Positions 41,380 through 55,600 of a stretch of 64,000 nucleotides of DNA are shown one piece after another. Positions within the stretch are counted from its first letter, which is position 1, and every line of letters starts with the position of its first letter. The translations under genes were made by a program, and so were the position numbers. The notes below the pieces were generated by a model. That model ran no database searches, was not told where the DNA came from, and saw nothing but the letters and a program-made list of their open reading frames with translations. Where the stretch lies: assembly GCA_964016885.1 (NCBI GenBank), contig OZ024744.1, forward strand, positions 40,300,001 to 40,364,000. The letters run 5' to 3'. Origin of the DNA: Eledone cirrhosa (taxonomy: Eukaryota).

Positions 41380-43687
41380 ACAAAGCCTAGTTTGACCCAA
41401 GGTAATGGTAGTTTCCATCAACCCAGCTTTATTTACAAAGCCTAGTTTGACCCAAGGTAATGGTAGTTTCATCAACCCAGGTTTATTTACAAAGCCTAGC
41501 ATGACCCAAGGTAATGGTAGTTTCCATCAACCCAGCTTTATTTACAAAGCCTAGTTTGACCCAAGGTAATGGTAGTTTCCATCAACCCAGGTTTATTTAC
41601 AAAGCCTAGCATGACCCAAGGTAATGGTAGTTTCCACCAACCCAGCTTTACTTACAAAGCCTAGCTTGACCCAAGGTAATGGTAGTTTCCATCAACCCAG
41701 CTTTATTTACAAAGAATAGCTTGAACCAAGGTAATGGTAGTTTCCATCAACCCAGCTTTATTTACAAAGCCTAGCTTGACCCGAGGTAATGATAGTTTCC
41801 ATCAACCCAGCTTTATTTACAAAGCCTAGCTTGACCCAAGGTAATGGTAGTTTCCATCAACCCAGCTTTATTTACAAAGCCTAGCTTGAACCAAGGTAAT
41901 GATAGTTTCCATCAACCCAGCTTTATTTACAAAGCCTAGCTTGACTCAAGATAATGGTAGTTTCCATCAACCCAACTTTATTTACAAAGCCTGGCTTGAC
42001 TCAAGGTAATGGTAGTTTCCATCAACCCAGCTTTATTTACAAAGCCTAGCTTGACCCGAGGTAATGATAGTTTCCATCAACCCAGCTTTATTTACAAAGC
42101 CTAGCTTGACTCAAGATAATGGTAGTTTCCATCAACCCAACTTTATTTACAAAGCCTAGCTTGACTCAAGGTAATGGTAGTTTCCATCAACCCAGCTTTA
42201 TTTACAAAGCCTAGCTTGACCCGAGGTAATGATAGTTTCCATCAACCCAGCTTTATTTACAAAGCCTAGCTTGACCCAAGGTAATGGTAGTTTCCATCAA
42301 CCCAGCTTTATTTACAAAGACTAGCTTGACTCAAGGTAATGGTAGTTTCCATCAACCCAGCCTTATTTACAATGCCTAGCTTGACCCAAGGTAATGGTAG
42401 TTTCCATCAACCCAGCTTTATTTACAAAGCCTAGCTTGACTCAAGGTAATGGTAGTTTCCATCAACCCAGCCTTATTTACAATGCCTAGCTTGACCCAAG
42501 GTAATGGTAGTTTCCATCAACCCAGCTTTATTTACAAAGCCTAGTTTGACCCAAGGTAATGGTAGTTTCCATCAACCCAGCTTTATTTACAAAGCCTAGT
42601 TTGACCCAAGGTAATGGTAGTTTCATCAACCCAGGTTTATTTACAAAGCCTAGCATGACCCAAGGTAATGGTAGTTTCCATCAACCCAGCTTTATTTACA
42701 AAGCCTAGTTTGACCCAAGGTAATGGTAGTTTCCATCAACCCAGGTTTATTTACAAAGCCTAGCATGACCCAAGGTAATGGTAGTTTCCACCAACCCAGC
42801 TTTACTTACAAAGCCTAGCTTGACCCAAGGTAATGGTAGTTTCCATCAACCCAGCTTTATTTACAAAGAATAGCTTGAACCAAGGTAATGGTAGTTTCCA
42901 TCAACCCAGCTTTATTTACAAAGCCTAGCTTGACCCGAGGTAATGATAGTTTCCATCAACCCAGCTTTATTTACAAAGCCTAGCTTGACCCAAGGTAATG
43001 GTAGTTTCCATCAACCCAGCTTTATTTACAAAGCCTAGCTTGAACCAAGGTAATGATAGTTTCCATCAACCCAGCTTTATTTACAAAGCCTAGCTTGACT
43101 CAAGATAATGGTAGTTTCCATCAACCCAACTTTATTTACAAAGCCTGGCTTGACTCAAGGTAATGGTAGTTTCCATCAACCCAGCTTTATTTACAAAGCC
43201 TAGCTTGACCCGAGGTAATGATAGTTTCCATCAACCCAGCTTTATTTACAAAGCCTAGCTTGACTCAAGATAATGGTAGTTTCCATCAACCCAACTTTAT
43301 TTACAAAGCCTAGCTTGACTCAAGGTAATGGTAGTTTCCATCAACCCAGCTTTATTTACAAAGCCTAGCTTGACCCGAGGTAATGATAGTTTCCATCAAC
43401 CCAGCTTTATTTACAAAGCCTAGCTTGACCCAAGGTAATGGTAGTTTCCATCAACCCAGCTTTATTTACAAAGACTAGCTTGACTCAAGGTAATGGTAGT
43501 TTCCATCAACCCAGCCTTATTTACAATGCCTAGCTTGACCCAAGGTAATGGTAGTTTCCATCAACCCAGCTTTATTTACAAAGCCTAGCTTGACTCAAGG
43601 TAATGGTAGTTTCCATCAACCCAGCCTTATTTACAATGCCTAGCTTGACCCAAGGTAATGGTAGTTTCCATCAACCCAGCTTTATTT
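41380..43687. repeat. Tandem 21-monomer (1154-bp) duplication
   Basis: CTAGTTTGAC 41387/42541, AAAGAATAGC 41711/42865 and CCCAAC 41971/43125 are all offset by 1154 = 21 x 55 - 1. Confidence 0.88.
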
Positions 43688-46600
43688 ATAAAAGCCTAGC
43701 TTGAACCAAGGTAATGGTAGTTTCCATCAACCCAGCTTTATTTACAAAGCCTAGCTTGACCCAAGGTAATGGTAGTTTCCATCAACGCAGCTTTATTTAC
43801 AAAGCCTAGCTTGACTCAAGGTAATGGTAGTTTCCATCAACCCAGCTTTATTTACAAAGCCTAGCTTGACCCAAGGTAATGGTAGTTTCCATCAACCCAG
43901 CTTTATTTACAAAGCCTAGCTTGACTCAAGGTAATGGTAGTTTCCATCAAACCAGCTTTATTTACAAAGACTAGCTTGACTCAAGGTAATGGTAGTTTCA
44001 ATCAACCCAGCTTTATTTACAAAGCCTTGCTTGACCCAAGGTAATGGTAGTTTCCATCAACCCAGCTTTATTTACAAAGCCTAGCTTGACACAAGGTAAT
44101 GGTAGTTTCCATCAACCCAGCTTTATTTACAAAGCCTATCTTGACTCAAGGAAATGGTAGTTTCCATCAACCCAGCTTTATTTACAAAGCCTAGCTTGAC
44201 TCAAGGTAATGGTAGTTTCCATCAGCCCAGCTTTATTTACAAAGTCTAGCTTGTCTGAAGGTAATGGTAGTTTCCATCAACCCAGCTTTATTTACAAAGC
44301 CTAGCTTGATTCAAGGTAATGGTAGTTTCCATCAGCCTAGCTTTATTTACAAAGTCTGGCTTGTCTCAAGGTAATGGTAGTTTCTATCAACCCAGCCTTA
44401 TTTACAATGCCTAGCTTGACCCAAGGTAATGGTAGTTTCCATCAATCCAGCTTTATTTACAAAGCCTACCTTGACCCAAGGTAATGGTAGTTTCCATCAA
44501 CTGAGCTTTATTTAAAAAGCCTAGTGTGACTCAAGGTAATGATAGTTTCCATCAACCCAGCTTTATTTGTAAGGCCCTGCTTGACTCAAGGTAATGGTAG
44601 TTTCCATCAACCCAGCTTTATTTACAAAGCCTAGCTTTACTCAAGGTAACGGTAGTTTCCATCAGCCCAGCTTTATTTACAAAATCTAGCTTGTCTCAAG
44701 GTAATGGTAGTTTCCATCAACCCAGTTTATTTACAATGCCTAGCTTGACCCAAGGTAATAGTAATTTCTATCAACCAAGTTTTATTTACAAAGGCTAGCA
44801 TGACTCAAGGTAAGGGTAGGTTCCATCAACCCAGCTTTATTTACAAAGCCTAGCTTGACTCAAGGTAATGGTAGTTTCCATCAACCCAGCTTTATTTACA
44901 ATGCCTAGCTTGAATCAAGGTAATGGTAGTTTCAATCAACCCAGCTTTATTTACAAAGCCTAGCTTCACCGAAGGTGATGGTAGTTTCCATCAACCCAGC
45001 ATTATTTACAAAGCCTAGCTTGACTCAAGGTAATCGTAGTTTCCATCAACCCAGCTTTATTTACATAGCCTAGCTTGACTCAAGGTAATGGTAGTTTCCA
45101 TCAACCCAGCTTTATTTACAAAGCCGAGCTTGACCCAAGGTAATGGTAGTTTCCATCAACCCAGCTTTATTTACAAAGCCTAGCTTGACCCAAGGTAATG
45201 GAAGTTTCCATCAACCTAGCTTTATTTACAAAGCCTAGCTTCACTGAAGGTAATGGTAGTTTCCATCAACCCAGCATTATTTAGAAAGCCTGGCTTGACT
45301 CAAGGTAATGGTAGTTTCCATCAACCCAGCTTTATTTACAAAGCCTACCTTGACTCAAGGTAATGGTAGTTTACATCAACCCAGCTTTATTTACAAAGCC
45401 TAGCTTGACCCGAGGTAATGTTAGTTTCCATCAACCCAGCTTTATTTACAAAGCCTAGCTTGACCCAAGGTAATGGTAGTTTCCATCAACCCAGCTTTAT
45501 TTACAGAGCCTAGCTTGACTCAAGGTAATGGTAGTTTCCATCAACCCAGCATTATTTACAAAGCCTAGCTTGACTCAAGGTAATCGTAGTTTCCATCAAC
45601 CCAGCTTTATTTACAAAGCCTAGCTTGACTCAAGGTAATCGTAGTTTCCATCAACCCAGCTTTATTTACAAAGCCTAGCTTGACTCAAGGTAATCGTAGT
45701 TTCCATCAACCCAGCTTTATTTACAAAGCCTAGCCTGACTCAAGGTAATGGTAGTTTCCATCAACCCAGCTTTATTTACAAAGCCTAGCTTGACCCAAGG
45801 TAATGGTAGTTTCCATCAACCCAGCTTTATTTACAAAGCCTAGCTTGACCCATGGTAATGGTAGTTTCCATGAACCCAGCTTTATTTACAAAGCCTAGCT
45901 TCACTGAAGGTAATGGTAGTTTCCATCAACCCAGCTTTATTTACAATGTCTAGCTTAACTCAAGGTAATGTTAGTTTACATCAACCCAGCTTTATTTACA
46001 AAGCCTAGCTTGACCCGAGGTAATGGTAGTTTCCATCAACCCAGCTTTATTTACAAACCTAGCTTGACCCAAGGTAATGGTAGTTTACATCAACCCAGCT
46101 TTATTTACAAAGCCTAGCTTGACCCGAGGTAATGGTAGTTTCCATCAACCCAGCTTTATTTACAAACCTAGCTTGACCCAAGGTAATGGTAGTTTCCATC
46201 AACCCAGCTTTATTTACAAAGCCTAGCTTGACCCAAGGTAATGGTAGTTTCCATCAACCCAGCTTTATTTACAAAGCCTAGCTTGACCCAAGGTAATGGT
46301 AGTTTCCATCAACCCAGGTTTATTTACAAAGCCTAGCATGACCCAAGGTAATGGTAGTTTCCATCAACCCAGCTTTATTTACAAAGCCTAGCCTGACTCA
46401 AGGTAATGGTAGTTTACATCAACCCAGCTTTATTTACAAAGCCTAGCTTGACCCGAGCTAATGGTAGTTTCCATCAACCCAGCTTTATTTACAAAGCCTA
46501 GCTTGACCCAAGACAATGGAAGTTTCCATCAACCCAGCTTTATTTCCAAAGCCTAGCTTGACACAAGGTAATGGTAGTTTCCATCAACCCAGCTTTATTT

Positions 46601-49600
46601 ACAAAGCCTATCTTGACTCAAGGTAATGGTAGTTTCCATCAACCCAGCTTTATTTACAAAGCCTAGCTTGACTCACGGTAATGGTAGTTTCCATCAGCCC
46701 AGCTTTATTTACAAAGTCTAGCTTGTCTCAAGGTAATGGTAGTTTCCATCAACCCAGCTTTATTTACAAAGCCTAGCTTGACTCAAGGTAATGGTAGTTT
46801 CCATCAGCCCAGCTTTATTTACAAAGTCTAGCTTGTCTCAAGGTAATGGTAGTCTCCATCAACCCAGCTTTATTTACAATGCCTAGCTTGACCCAAGGTA
46901 ATAGTAATTTCCATCAACCAAGTTTTATTTACAAAGCCTAGCTTGACTCAAGGTAAGGGTAGGTTCCATCAACCCAGCTTTATTTACAAAGCCTAGCTTG
47001 ACTCAAGGTAATGGTAGTTTCCATCAACCCAGCTTTATTTACAATGCCTAGCTTGAATCAAGGTAATGGTAGTTTCCATCAACCCAGCATTATTTACAAA
47101 GCCTAGCTTGACTCAAGGTAATGGTAGTTTCCATCAACCCAGCATTATTTACAAAGCCTAGCTTGACTCAAGGTAATCGTAGTTTCCATCAACCTAGCTT
47201 TATTTACAAAGCCTAGCTTGACTCAAGGTAATGGTAGTTTCCATCAACCCAGCTTTATTTACAAAGCCTAGCTTGACCCAAGGTAATGGTAGTTTCCATC
47301 AACGCAGCTTTATTTACAAAGCCTAGCTTGACTCAAGGTAATGGTAGTTTCCATCAACCCAGCTTTATTTACAAAGACTAGCTTGACTCAAGGTAATGGT
47401 AGTTTCAATCAACCCAGCTTTATTTATAAATACTTGCTTGACCCAAGGTAATGGTAGTTTCCATCAACCCAGCTTTATTTACAAAGCCTAGCTTGACACA
47501 AGGTAATGGTAGTTTCCATCAACCCAGCTTTATTTACAAAGCCTATCTTGACTCAAGGTAATGGTAGTTTCCATCAACCCAGCTTTATTTACAAAGCCTA
47601 GCTTGACTCGAGGTAATGGTATTTTCCATCAGCCCAGCTTTATTTACAAAGTCTAGCTTGTCTGAAGGTAATGGTAGTTTCCATCAACCCAGCTTTATTT
47701 ACAAAGCCTAGCTTGACTCAAGGTAATGGTAGTTTCCATCAGCCTAGCTTTATTTACAAAGTCTGGCTTGTCTCAAGGTAATGGTAGTTTCTATCAACCC
47801 AGCCTTATTTACAATGCCTAGCTTGACCCAAGGTAATGGTAGTTTCCATCAATCCAGCTTTATTTACAAAGCCTACCTTGACCCAAGGTAATGGTAGTTT
47901 CCATCAACTGAGCTTTATTTAAAAAGCCTAGTGTGACTCAAGGTAATGATAGTTTCCATCAACCCAGCTTTATTTGTAAAGCCCTGCTTGACTCAAGGTA
48001 ATGGTAGTTTCCATCAACCCAGCTTTATTTGTAAAGCCCTGCTTGACTCAAGGTAATGGTAGTTTCCATCAACCCAGCTTTATTTACAAAGCCTAGCTTG
48101 AATCAAGGTAATGGTATTTTCCTTCAACCCAGCTTTATTTACAAAGTCTAGCTTGTCTCAAGGTAATGGTAGTTTCCATCAACCCAGCTTTATTTACAAA
48201 GCCTAGCTTTACTCAAGGTAACGGTAGTTTCCATCAGCCCAGCTTTATTTACAAAATCTAGCGTGTCTCAAGGTAATGGTAGTTTCCATCAACCCAGTTT
48301 ATTTACAATGCCTAGCTTGACCCAAAGTAATAGTAATTTCCATCAACCCAGCTTTATTTACAAAGCCTAGCTTGACCCAAGGTAATGGTAGTTTCCATCA
48401 ACCCAGCTTTATTTACAAAGCCTAGCTTGACCCAAGGTAATGGTAGTTTCCATCAACCCAGCTTTATTTACAGAGCCTAGCTTGACTCAAGGTAATGGTA
48501 GTTTCCATCAACCCAGCATTATTTACAAAGCCTAGCTTGACCCGAGGTAATGGTAGTTTCCATCAACCCAGCTTTATTTACAAACGTAGCTTGACCCAAG
48601 GTAATGGTAGTTTACATCAACCCAGCTTTATTTACAAAGCCTAGCTTGACCCGAGGTAATGGTAGTTTCCATCAACCCAGCTTTATTTACAAACCTAGCT
48701 TGACCCAAGGTAATGGTAGTTTCCATCAACCCAGCTTTATTTACAAAGCCTAGCTTGATTCAAGGTAATGGTAGTTTCAATCAACCCAGCTTTATTTACA
48801 AAGCCTAGCTTGACCCAAGGTAATGGTAGTTTCCATCATCCCAGGTTTATTTACAAAGCCTAGCTTGACCCAAGGTAATGGTAGTTTCCATCATCCCAGG
48901 TTTATTTACAAAGCCTAGCCTGACTCAAGGTAATGGTAGTTTACATCAACCCAGCTTTATTTACAAAGCCTAGCTTGACCCGAGCTAATGGTAGTTTCCA
49001 TCAACCCAGCTTTATTTACAAAGCCTAGCTTGACCCAAGGTAATGGTAGTTTCCATCAACCCAGCTTTATTTACAAAGCCTAGCTTGACACAAGGTAATG
49101 GTAGTTTCCATCAACCCAGCTTTATTTACAAAGCCTATCTTGACTCAAGGTAATGGTAGTTTCCATCAACCCAGCTTTATTTACAAAGCCTAGCATGACT
49201 CACGGTAATGGTAGTTTCGATCAGCCCAGCTTTATTTACAAAGTCTAGCTTGTCTCAAGGTAATGGTAGTTTCCATCAACCCAGCTTTATTTACAAAGCC
49301 TAGCTTGACTCAAGGTAATGGTAGTTTCCATCAGCCCAGCTTTATTTACAAAGTCTAGCATGTCTCAAGGTAATGGTAGTTTCCATCAACCCAGCTTTAT
49401 TTACAATGCCTAGCTTGACCCAAGGTAATAGTAATTTCCATCAACCAAGTTTTATTTACAAAGCCTAGCTTGACTCAAGGTAAGGGTAGGTTCCATCAAC
49501 CCAGCTTTATTTACAAAGCCTAGCTTGACTCAAGGTAATGGTAGTTTCCATCATCCCAGCTTTATTTACAATGCCTAGCTTGACTCAAGGTAATGGTAGT

Positions 49601-52600
49601 TTCCATCAACCTAGCTTTATTTACAAAGACTAGCTTGACTCAAGGTAATGGTAGTTTCCATCAACCCAGCTTTATTTACAGAGCCTAGCTTGACTCAAGG
49701 TAATGGTAGTTTCCATCAACCTAGCTTTATTTACAAAGACTAGCTTGACTCAAGGTAATGGTAGTTTCCATCAACCCAGCTTTATTTACAATGCCTAGCT
49801 TGAATCAAGGTAATGGTAGTTTCCATCATCCCAGCTTTATTTACAATGCCTAGCTTGAATCAAGGTAATGGTAGTTTCCATCAACCCAGCTTTATTTACA
49901 AAGCCTAGCTTGACCCAAGGTAATGGTAGTTTCCATCAACCCAGCTTTATTTACAAAGCCTAGCTTGACCCAAGGTAATGGTAGTTTCCATCAACCCAGC
50001 TTTATTTACAAAGCCTAGCTTCACCGAAGGTAATGGTAGTTTCCATCAACCCAGCATTATTTACAAAGCCTAGCTTGACTCAAGGTAATGGTAGTTTCCA
50101 TCAACCCAGCATTATTTACAAAGCCTAGCTTGACTCAAGGTAATCGTAGTTTCCATCAACCTAGCTTTATTTACAAAGCCTAGCTTGACTCAAGGTAATG
50201 GTAGTTTCCATCAACCCAGCTTTATTTACAATGCCTAGCTTGAATCAAGGTAATGGTAGTTTCCATCAACCCAGCTTTATTTACAAAGCCTAGCTTGAAC
50301 CAAGGTAATGGTAGTTTCCATCAACCCAGCTTTATTTACAAAGCCTAGCTTGACCCAAGGTAATGGTAGTTTCCATCAACCCAGCTTTATTTACAAAGCC
50401 TAGCTTGACCCAAGATAATGGTAGTTTCCATCAACCCAGCTTTATTTCCGATGCCTAGCTTGACTCAAGGTAATGGTAGTTTCCATCAACCCAGCTTTAT
50501 TTACAAAGCCTAGCTTGACCCAAGGTAATGGTAGTTTCCATCAACCCAGCTTTATTTACAAAGACTAGCTTGACTCAAGGTAATGGTAGTTTCAATCAAC
50601 CCAGCTTTATTTACAAAGCCTTGCTTGACCCAAGGTAATGGTAGTTTCCATCAACCCAGCATTATTTACAAAGCCTAGCTTGACACAAGGTAATGGTAGT
50701 TTCTATCAACCCAGCTTTATTTACAAAGCCTATCTTGACTCAAGGTAATGGTAGTTTCCATCAACCCAGCTTTATTTACAAAGCCTATCTTGACTCAAGG
50801 TAATGGTAGTTTCCATCAACCCAGCTTTATTTACAAAGCCTATCTTGACTCAAGGTAATGGTAGTTTCCATCAACCCAGCTTTATTTACAAAGCCTATCT
50901 TGACTCAAGGTAATGGTAGTTTCCATCAACCCAGCTTTATTTACAAAGCCTAGCTTGACCCAAGGTAATGGTAGTTTCCATCAACCCAGCTTTATTTACA
51001 AAGCCTAGCTTGACTCACGGTAATGGTAGTTTCCATCAACCCAGCTTTATTTACAAAGCCTAGCTTGACCCAAGTTAATGGTAGTTTCCATCAACCCAGC
51101 TTTATTTACAATGCCTAGCTTGACCCAAGGTAATAGTAATTTCCATCAACCAAGTTTTATTTACAAAGCCTAGCTTGACTCAAGGTAAGGGTAGGTTCCA
51201 TCAACCCAGCTTTATTTACAAAGCCTAGCTTGACTCAAGGTAATGGTAGTTTCCATCAACCCAGCTTTATTTACAATGCCTAGCTTGAATCAAGGTAATG
51301 GTAGTTTCCATCAACCCAGCTTTATTTACAAAGCCTAGCTTCACCGAAGGTAATGGTAGTTTCCATCAACCCAGCATTATTTACAAACCCTAGCTTGACT
51401 CAAGGTAATGGTAGTTTCCATCAACCCAGCTTTATATACAAAGCCTAGCTTGACTCAAGGTAATCGTAGTTTCCATCAACCTAGCTTTATTTACAAAGCC
51501 TAGCTTGACTCAAGGTAATCGTAGTTTCCATCAACCCAGCATTATTTACAAAGCCTAGCTTGACTCAAGGTAATCGTAGTTTCCATCAACCTAGCTTTAT
51601 TTACAAAGCCTAGCTTGACCCAAGGTAATGGTAGTTTCCATCAACCCAGCTTTATTTACAATGCCTAGCATGACCCAAGGTAATGGTAGTTTCCATCAAC
51701 CCAGCTTTATTTACAAAGCCTAGCTTGACTCAAGGTAATGGTAGTTTACATCAACCCAGCTTTATTTACAAAGCCTAGCTTGACCCAAGGTAATGGTAGT
51801 TTCCATCAACCCAGCTTTATTTACAAAGCCTAGCTTGAACCAAGGTAATGGTAGTTTCCATCAACCCAGCTTTATTTACAAAGCCTAGCTTGACCCAAGG
51901 TAATGGTAGTTTCCATCAACCCAGCTTTATTTACAAAGCCTAGCTTGACCCAAGGTAATGGTAGTTTCCATCAACCCAGCTTTATTTACAAAGCCTAGCT
52001 TGACTCAACGTAATGGTAGTTTCTATCACCCCAGCTTTATTTACAAAGCCTAGCTTGACTCAAGGTAATGGTAGTTTCTATCACCCCAGCTTTATTTACA
52101 ATGCCTAGCATGACCCAAGGTAATGGTAATTTCCATCAACCCAGCTTTATTTACAAAGCCTAGCTTGACCCACGGTAATGGTAGTTTCCATCAACCCAGC
52201 TTTATTTACAAAGCCTAGCTTGACTCAAGGTAATGGTAGTTTCTATCACCCCAGCTTTATTTACAATGCCTAGCATGACCCAAGGTAATGGTAATTTCCA
52301 TCAACCCAGCTTTATTTACAAAGCCTAGCTTGACCCAAGGTAATGGTAGTTTCCATCAACCCAGCTTTATTTACAAAGCCTAGCTTGAACCAAGTTAATG
52401 GTAGTTTCCATCAACCCAGCTTTATTTACAAAGCCTAGCTTGACTCAAGGTAATGGTAGTTTCCATCAACCCAGCTTTACTTACAAAGCCTAGCTTGACC
52501 CGATGTAATGGTAGTTTCCATCAACCCAGGTTTATTTACAAAGCCTAGCATGACCCAAGGTAATGGTAGTTTCCATCAACCGAGCATTATTTACAAAGCC

Positions 52601-55600
52601 TAGCTTGACTCAAGGTAATGGTAGTTTCCATCAACCCAGCATTATTTACAAAGCCTAGCTTGACTCAAGGTAATGGTAGTTTCCATCAACCCAGCATTAT
52701 TTACAAAGCCTAGCTTGACCCAAGGTAATGGTAGTTTCCATCAACCCAGCTTTATTTACAAAGCCTAGCTTGAACCAAGTTAATGGTAGTTTCCATCAAC
52801 CCAGCTTTATTTACAAAGCCTAGCTTGACTCAAGGTAATGGTAGTTTCCATCAACCCAGCTTTACTTACAAAGCCTAGCTTGACCCGATGTAATGGTAGT
52901 TTCCATCAACCCAGGATTATTTACAAAGCCTAGCTTGACTCAAGGTAATGGTAGTTTCCATCAACCCAGCTTTATTTACAAAGCCTAGCTTGACTCAAGG
53001 TAATGGTAGTTTCCATCAACGCAGCTTTATTTGTAAAGCCCTGCTTGACTCAAGGTAATGGTAGTTTCCATCAACCCAGCTTTATTTACAAAGCCTAGCT
53101 TGACTCAAGGTAATGGTAGTTTCCATCAACCCAGCTTTATTTGTAAAGCCCTGCTTGACTCAAGGTAATGGTAGTTTCCATCAACCCAGATTTATTTGTA
53201 AAGCCCTGCTTGACTCAAGGTAATGGTAGTTTCCATCAACCCAGCTTTATTTACAAAGCCTAGCATGACTCAAGGTAATGGTAGTTTCCATCAACCCAGC
53301 TTTATTTACAAAGCCTAGCTTGACCCAAGGTAATGGTAATTTCCATCAACCCAGCTTTATTTACAAAGCCTAGATTGACCCAAGGTAATGGTAATTTACA
53401 TCAACCCAGCTTTATTTACAAAGCCTAGCTTGACCCAAGGTAATGGTAGTTTCCATCAACGCAGCTTTATTTACAAAGCCTAGCTTGACTCAAGGTAATG
53501 GTAGTTTCCATCAACCCAGCTTTATTTACAAAGCCTAGCTTGACTCACGGTAATGGTAGTTTCCATCAGCCCAGCTTTATTTACAAAGTCTAGCTTGTCT
53601 CAAGGTAATGGTAGTTTCCATCAACCCAGCTTTATTTACAAAGCCTAGTTTGACTCAAGGTAATGGTAGTTTCCATCAGCCCAGCTTTATTTACAAAGTC
53701 TAGCTTGTCTCAAGGTAATGGTAGTTTCCATCAACCCAGCTTTATTTACAATGCCTAGCTTGACCCAAGGTAATAGTAATTTCCATCAACCAAGTTTTAT
53801 TTACAAAGCCTAGCTTGACTCAAGGTAAGGGTAGTTTCCATCAACCCAGCTTTATTTACAAAGCCTAGCTTGACTCAAGGTAATGGTAGTTTCCATCAAC
53901 CCAGCTTTATTTACAATGCCTAGCTTGAATCAAGGTAATGGTAGTTTCCATCATCCCAGCTTTATTTACAAAGCCTTGCTTGAATCAAGGTAATGGTAGT
54001 TTCCATCATCCCAGCTTTATTTACAAAGCCTAGCTTGACTCAAGGTAATGGTAGTTTCCATCAACCCAGCTTTATTTACAATGCCTAGCTTGAATCAAGG
54101 TAATGGTAGTTTCCATCATCCCAGCTTTATTTACAAAGCCTTGCTTGAATCAAGGTAATGGTAGTTTCCATCATCCCAGCTTTATTTACAAAGCCTAGCT
54201 TGAATCAAGGTAATGGTAGTTTCCATCATCCCAGCTTTATTTACAAAGCCTTGCTTGAATCAAGGTAATGGTAGTTTCCATCATCCCAGCTTTATTTACA
54301 AAGCCTAGCTTGAATCAAGGTAATGGTAGTTTCCATCAACGCAGCTTTATTTACAATGCCTAGCATGACCCAAGGTAATGGTAGTTTCCATCATCCCAGC
54401 TTTATTTACAAAGCCTAGCTTGACTCAAGGTAATGGTAGTTTCCATCAACCCAGCTTTATTTACAAAGCCTAGCTTGAATCAAGGTAATGGAACTTTCCA
54501 TCAACGCAGCTTTATTTACAATGCCTAGCATGACCCAAGGTAATGGTAATTTCCATCAACCCAGCTTTATTTACAAAGCCTAGCTTGACCCAAGGTAATG
54601 GTAGTTTCCATCAACCCAGCTTTATTTACAAAGCCTAGCTTGAACCAAGTTAATGGTAGTTTCCATCAACCCAGCTTTATTTACAAAGCCTAGCTTGACT
54701 CAAGGTAATGGTAGTTTCCATCAACCCAGCTTTATTTACAAAGCCTAGCTTGACCCAAGGTAATGGTAGTTTCCATCAACCCAGCTTTATTTACAAAGAA
54801 AAGCTTGAACCAAGGTAATGGTAGTTTCCATCAACCCAGCTTTATTTACAAAGCCTAGCTTGACCCATGGTAATGGTAGTTTCCATGAACCCAGCTTTAT
54901 TTACAGAGCCTAGCTTGACTCAAGGTAATGGTAGTTTCCATCAACCCAGCTTTATTTACAAAGCCTAGCTTGACCCAAGGTAATGGTAGTTTCCATCAAC
55001 CCAGCATTATTTACAAAGCCTAGCTTGACCCGAGGTAATGGTAGTTTCCATCAACCCAGCTTTATTTACAAACCTAGCTTGACCCAAGGTAATGGTAGTT
55101 TACATCAACCCAGCATTATTTACAAAGCCTAGCTTGACCCGAGGTAATGGTAGTTTCCATCAATCCAGCTTTATTTACAAACCTAGCTTGACCCAAGGTA
55201 ATGGTAGTTTCCATCAACCCAGCTTTATTTACAAAGCCTAGCTTGATTCAAGGTAATGGTAGTTTTCATCAACCCAGCTTTATTTACAAAGCCTTGCTTG
55301 ACCCAATGTAATGGTAGTTTCCATCAACCCAGGTTTATTTACAGAGCCTAGCATGACCCAAGGTAATGGTAGTTTCCATCAACCCAGCTTTATTTACAAA
55401 GCCTAGCCTGACTCAAGGTAATGGTAGTTTACATCAACCCAGCTTTATTTACAAAGCCTAGCTTGACCCGAGCTAATGGTAGTTTCCATCAACCCAGCTT
55501 TATTTACAAAGCCTAGCTTGACCCAAGGTAATGGTAGTTTCCATCAACCCAGCTTTATTTACAAAGCCTAGCTTGACACAAGGTAATGGTAGTTTCCATC

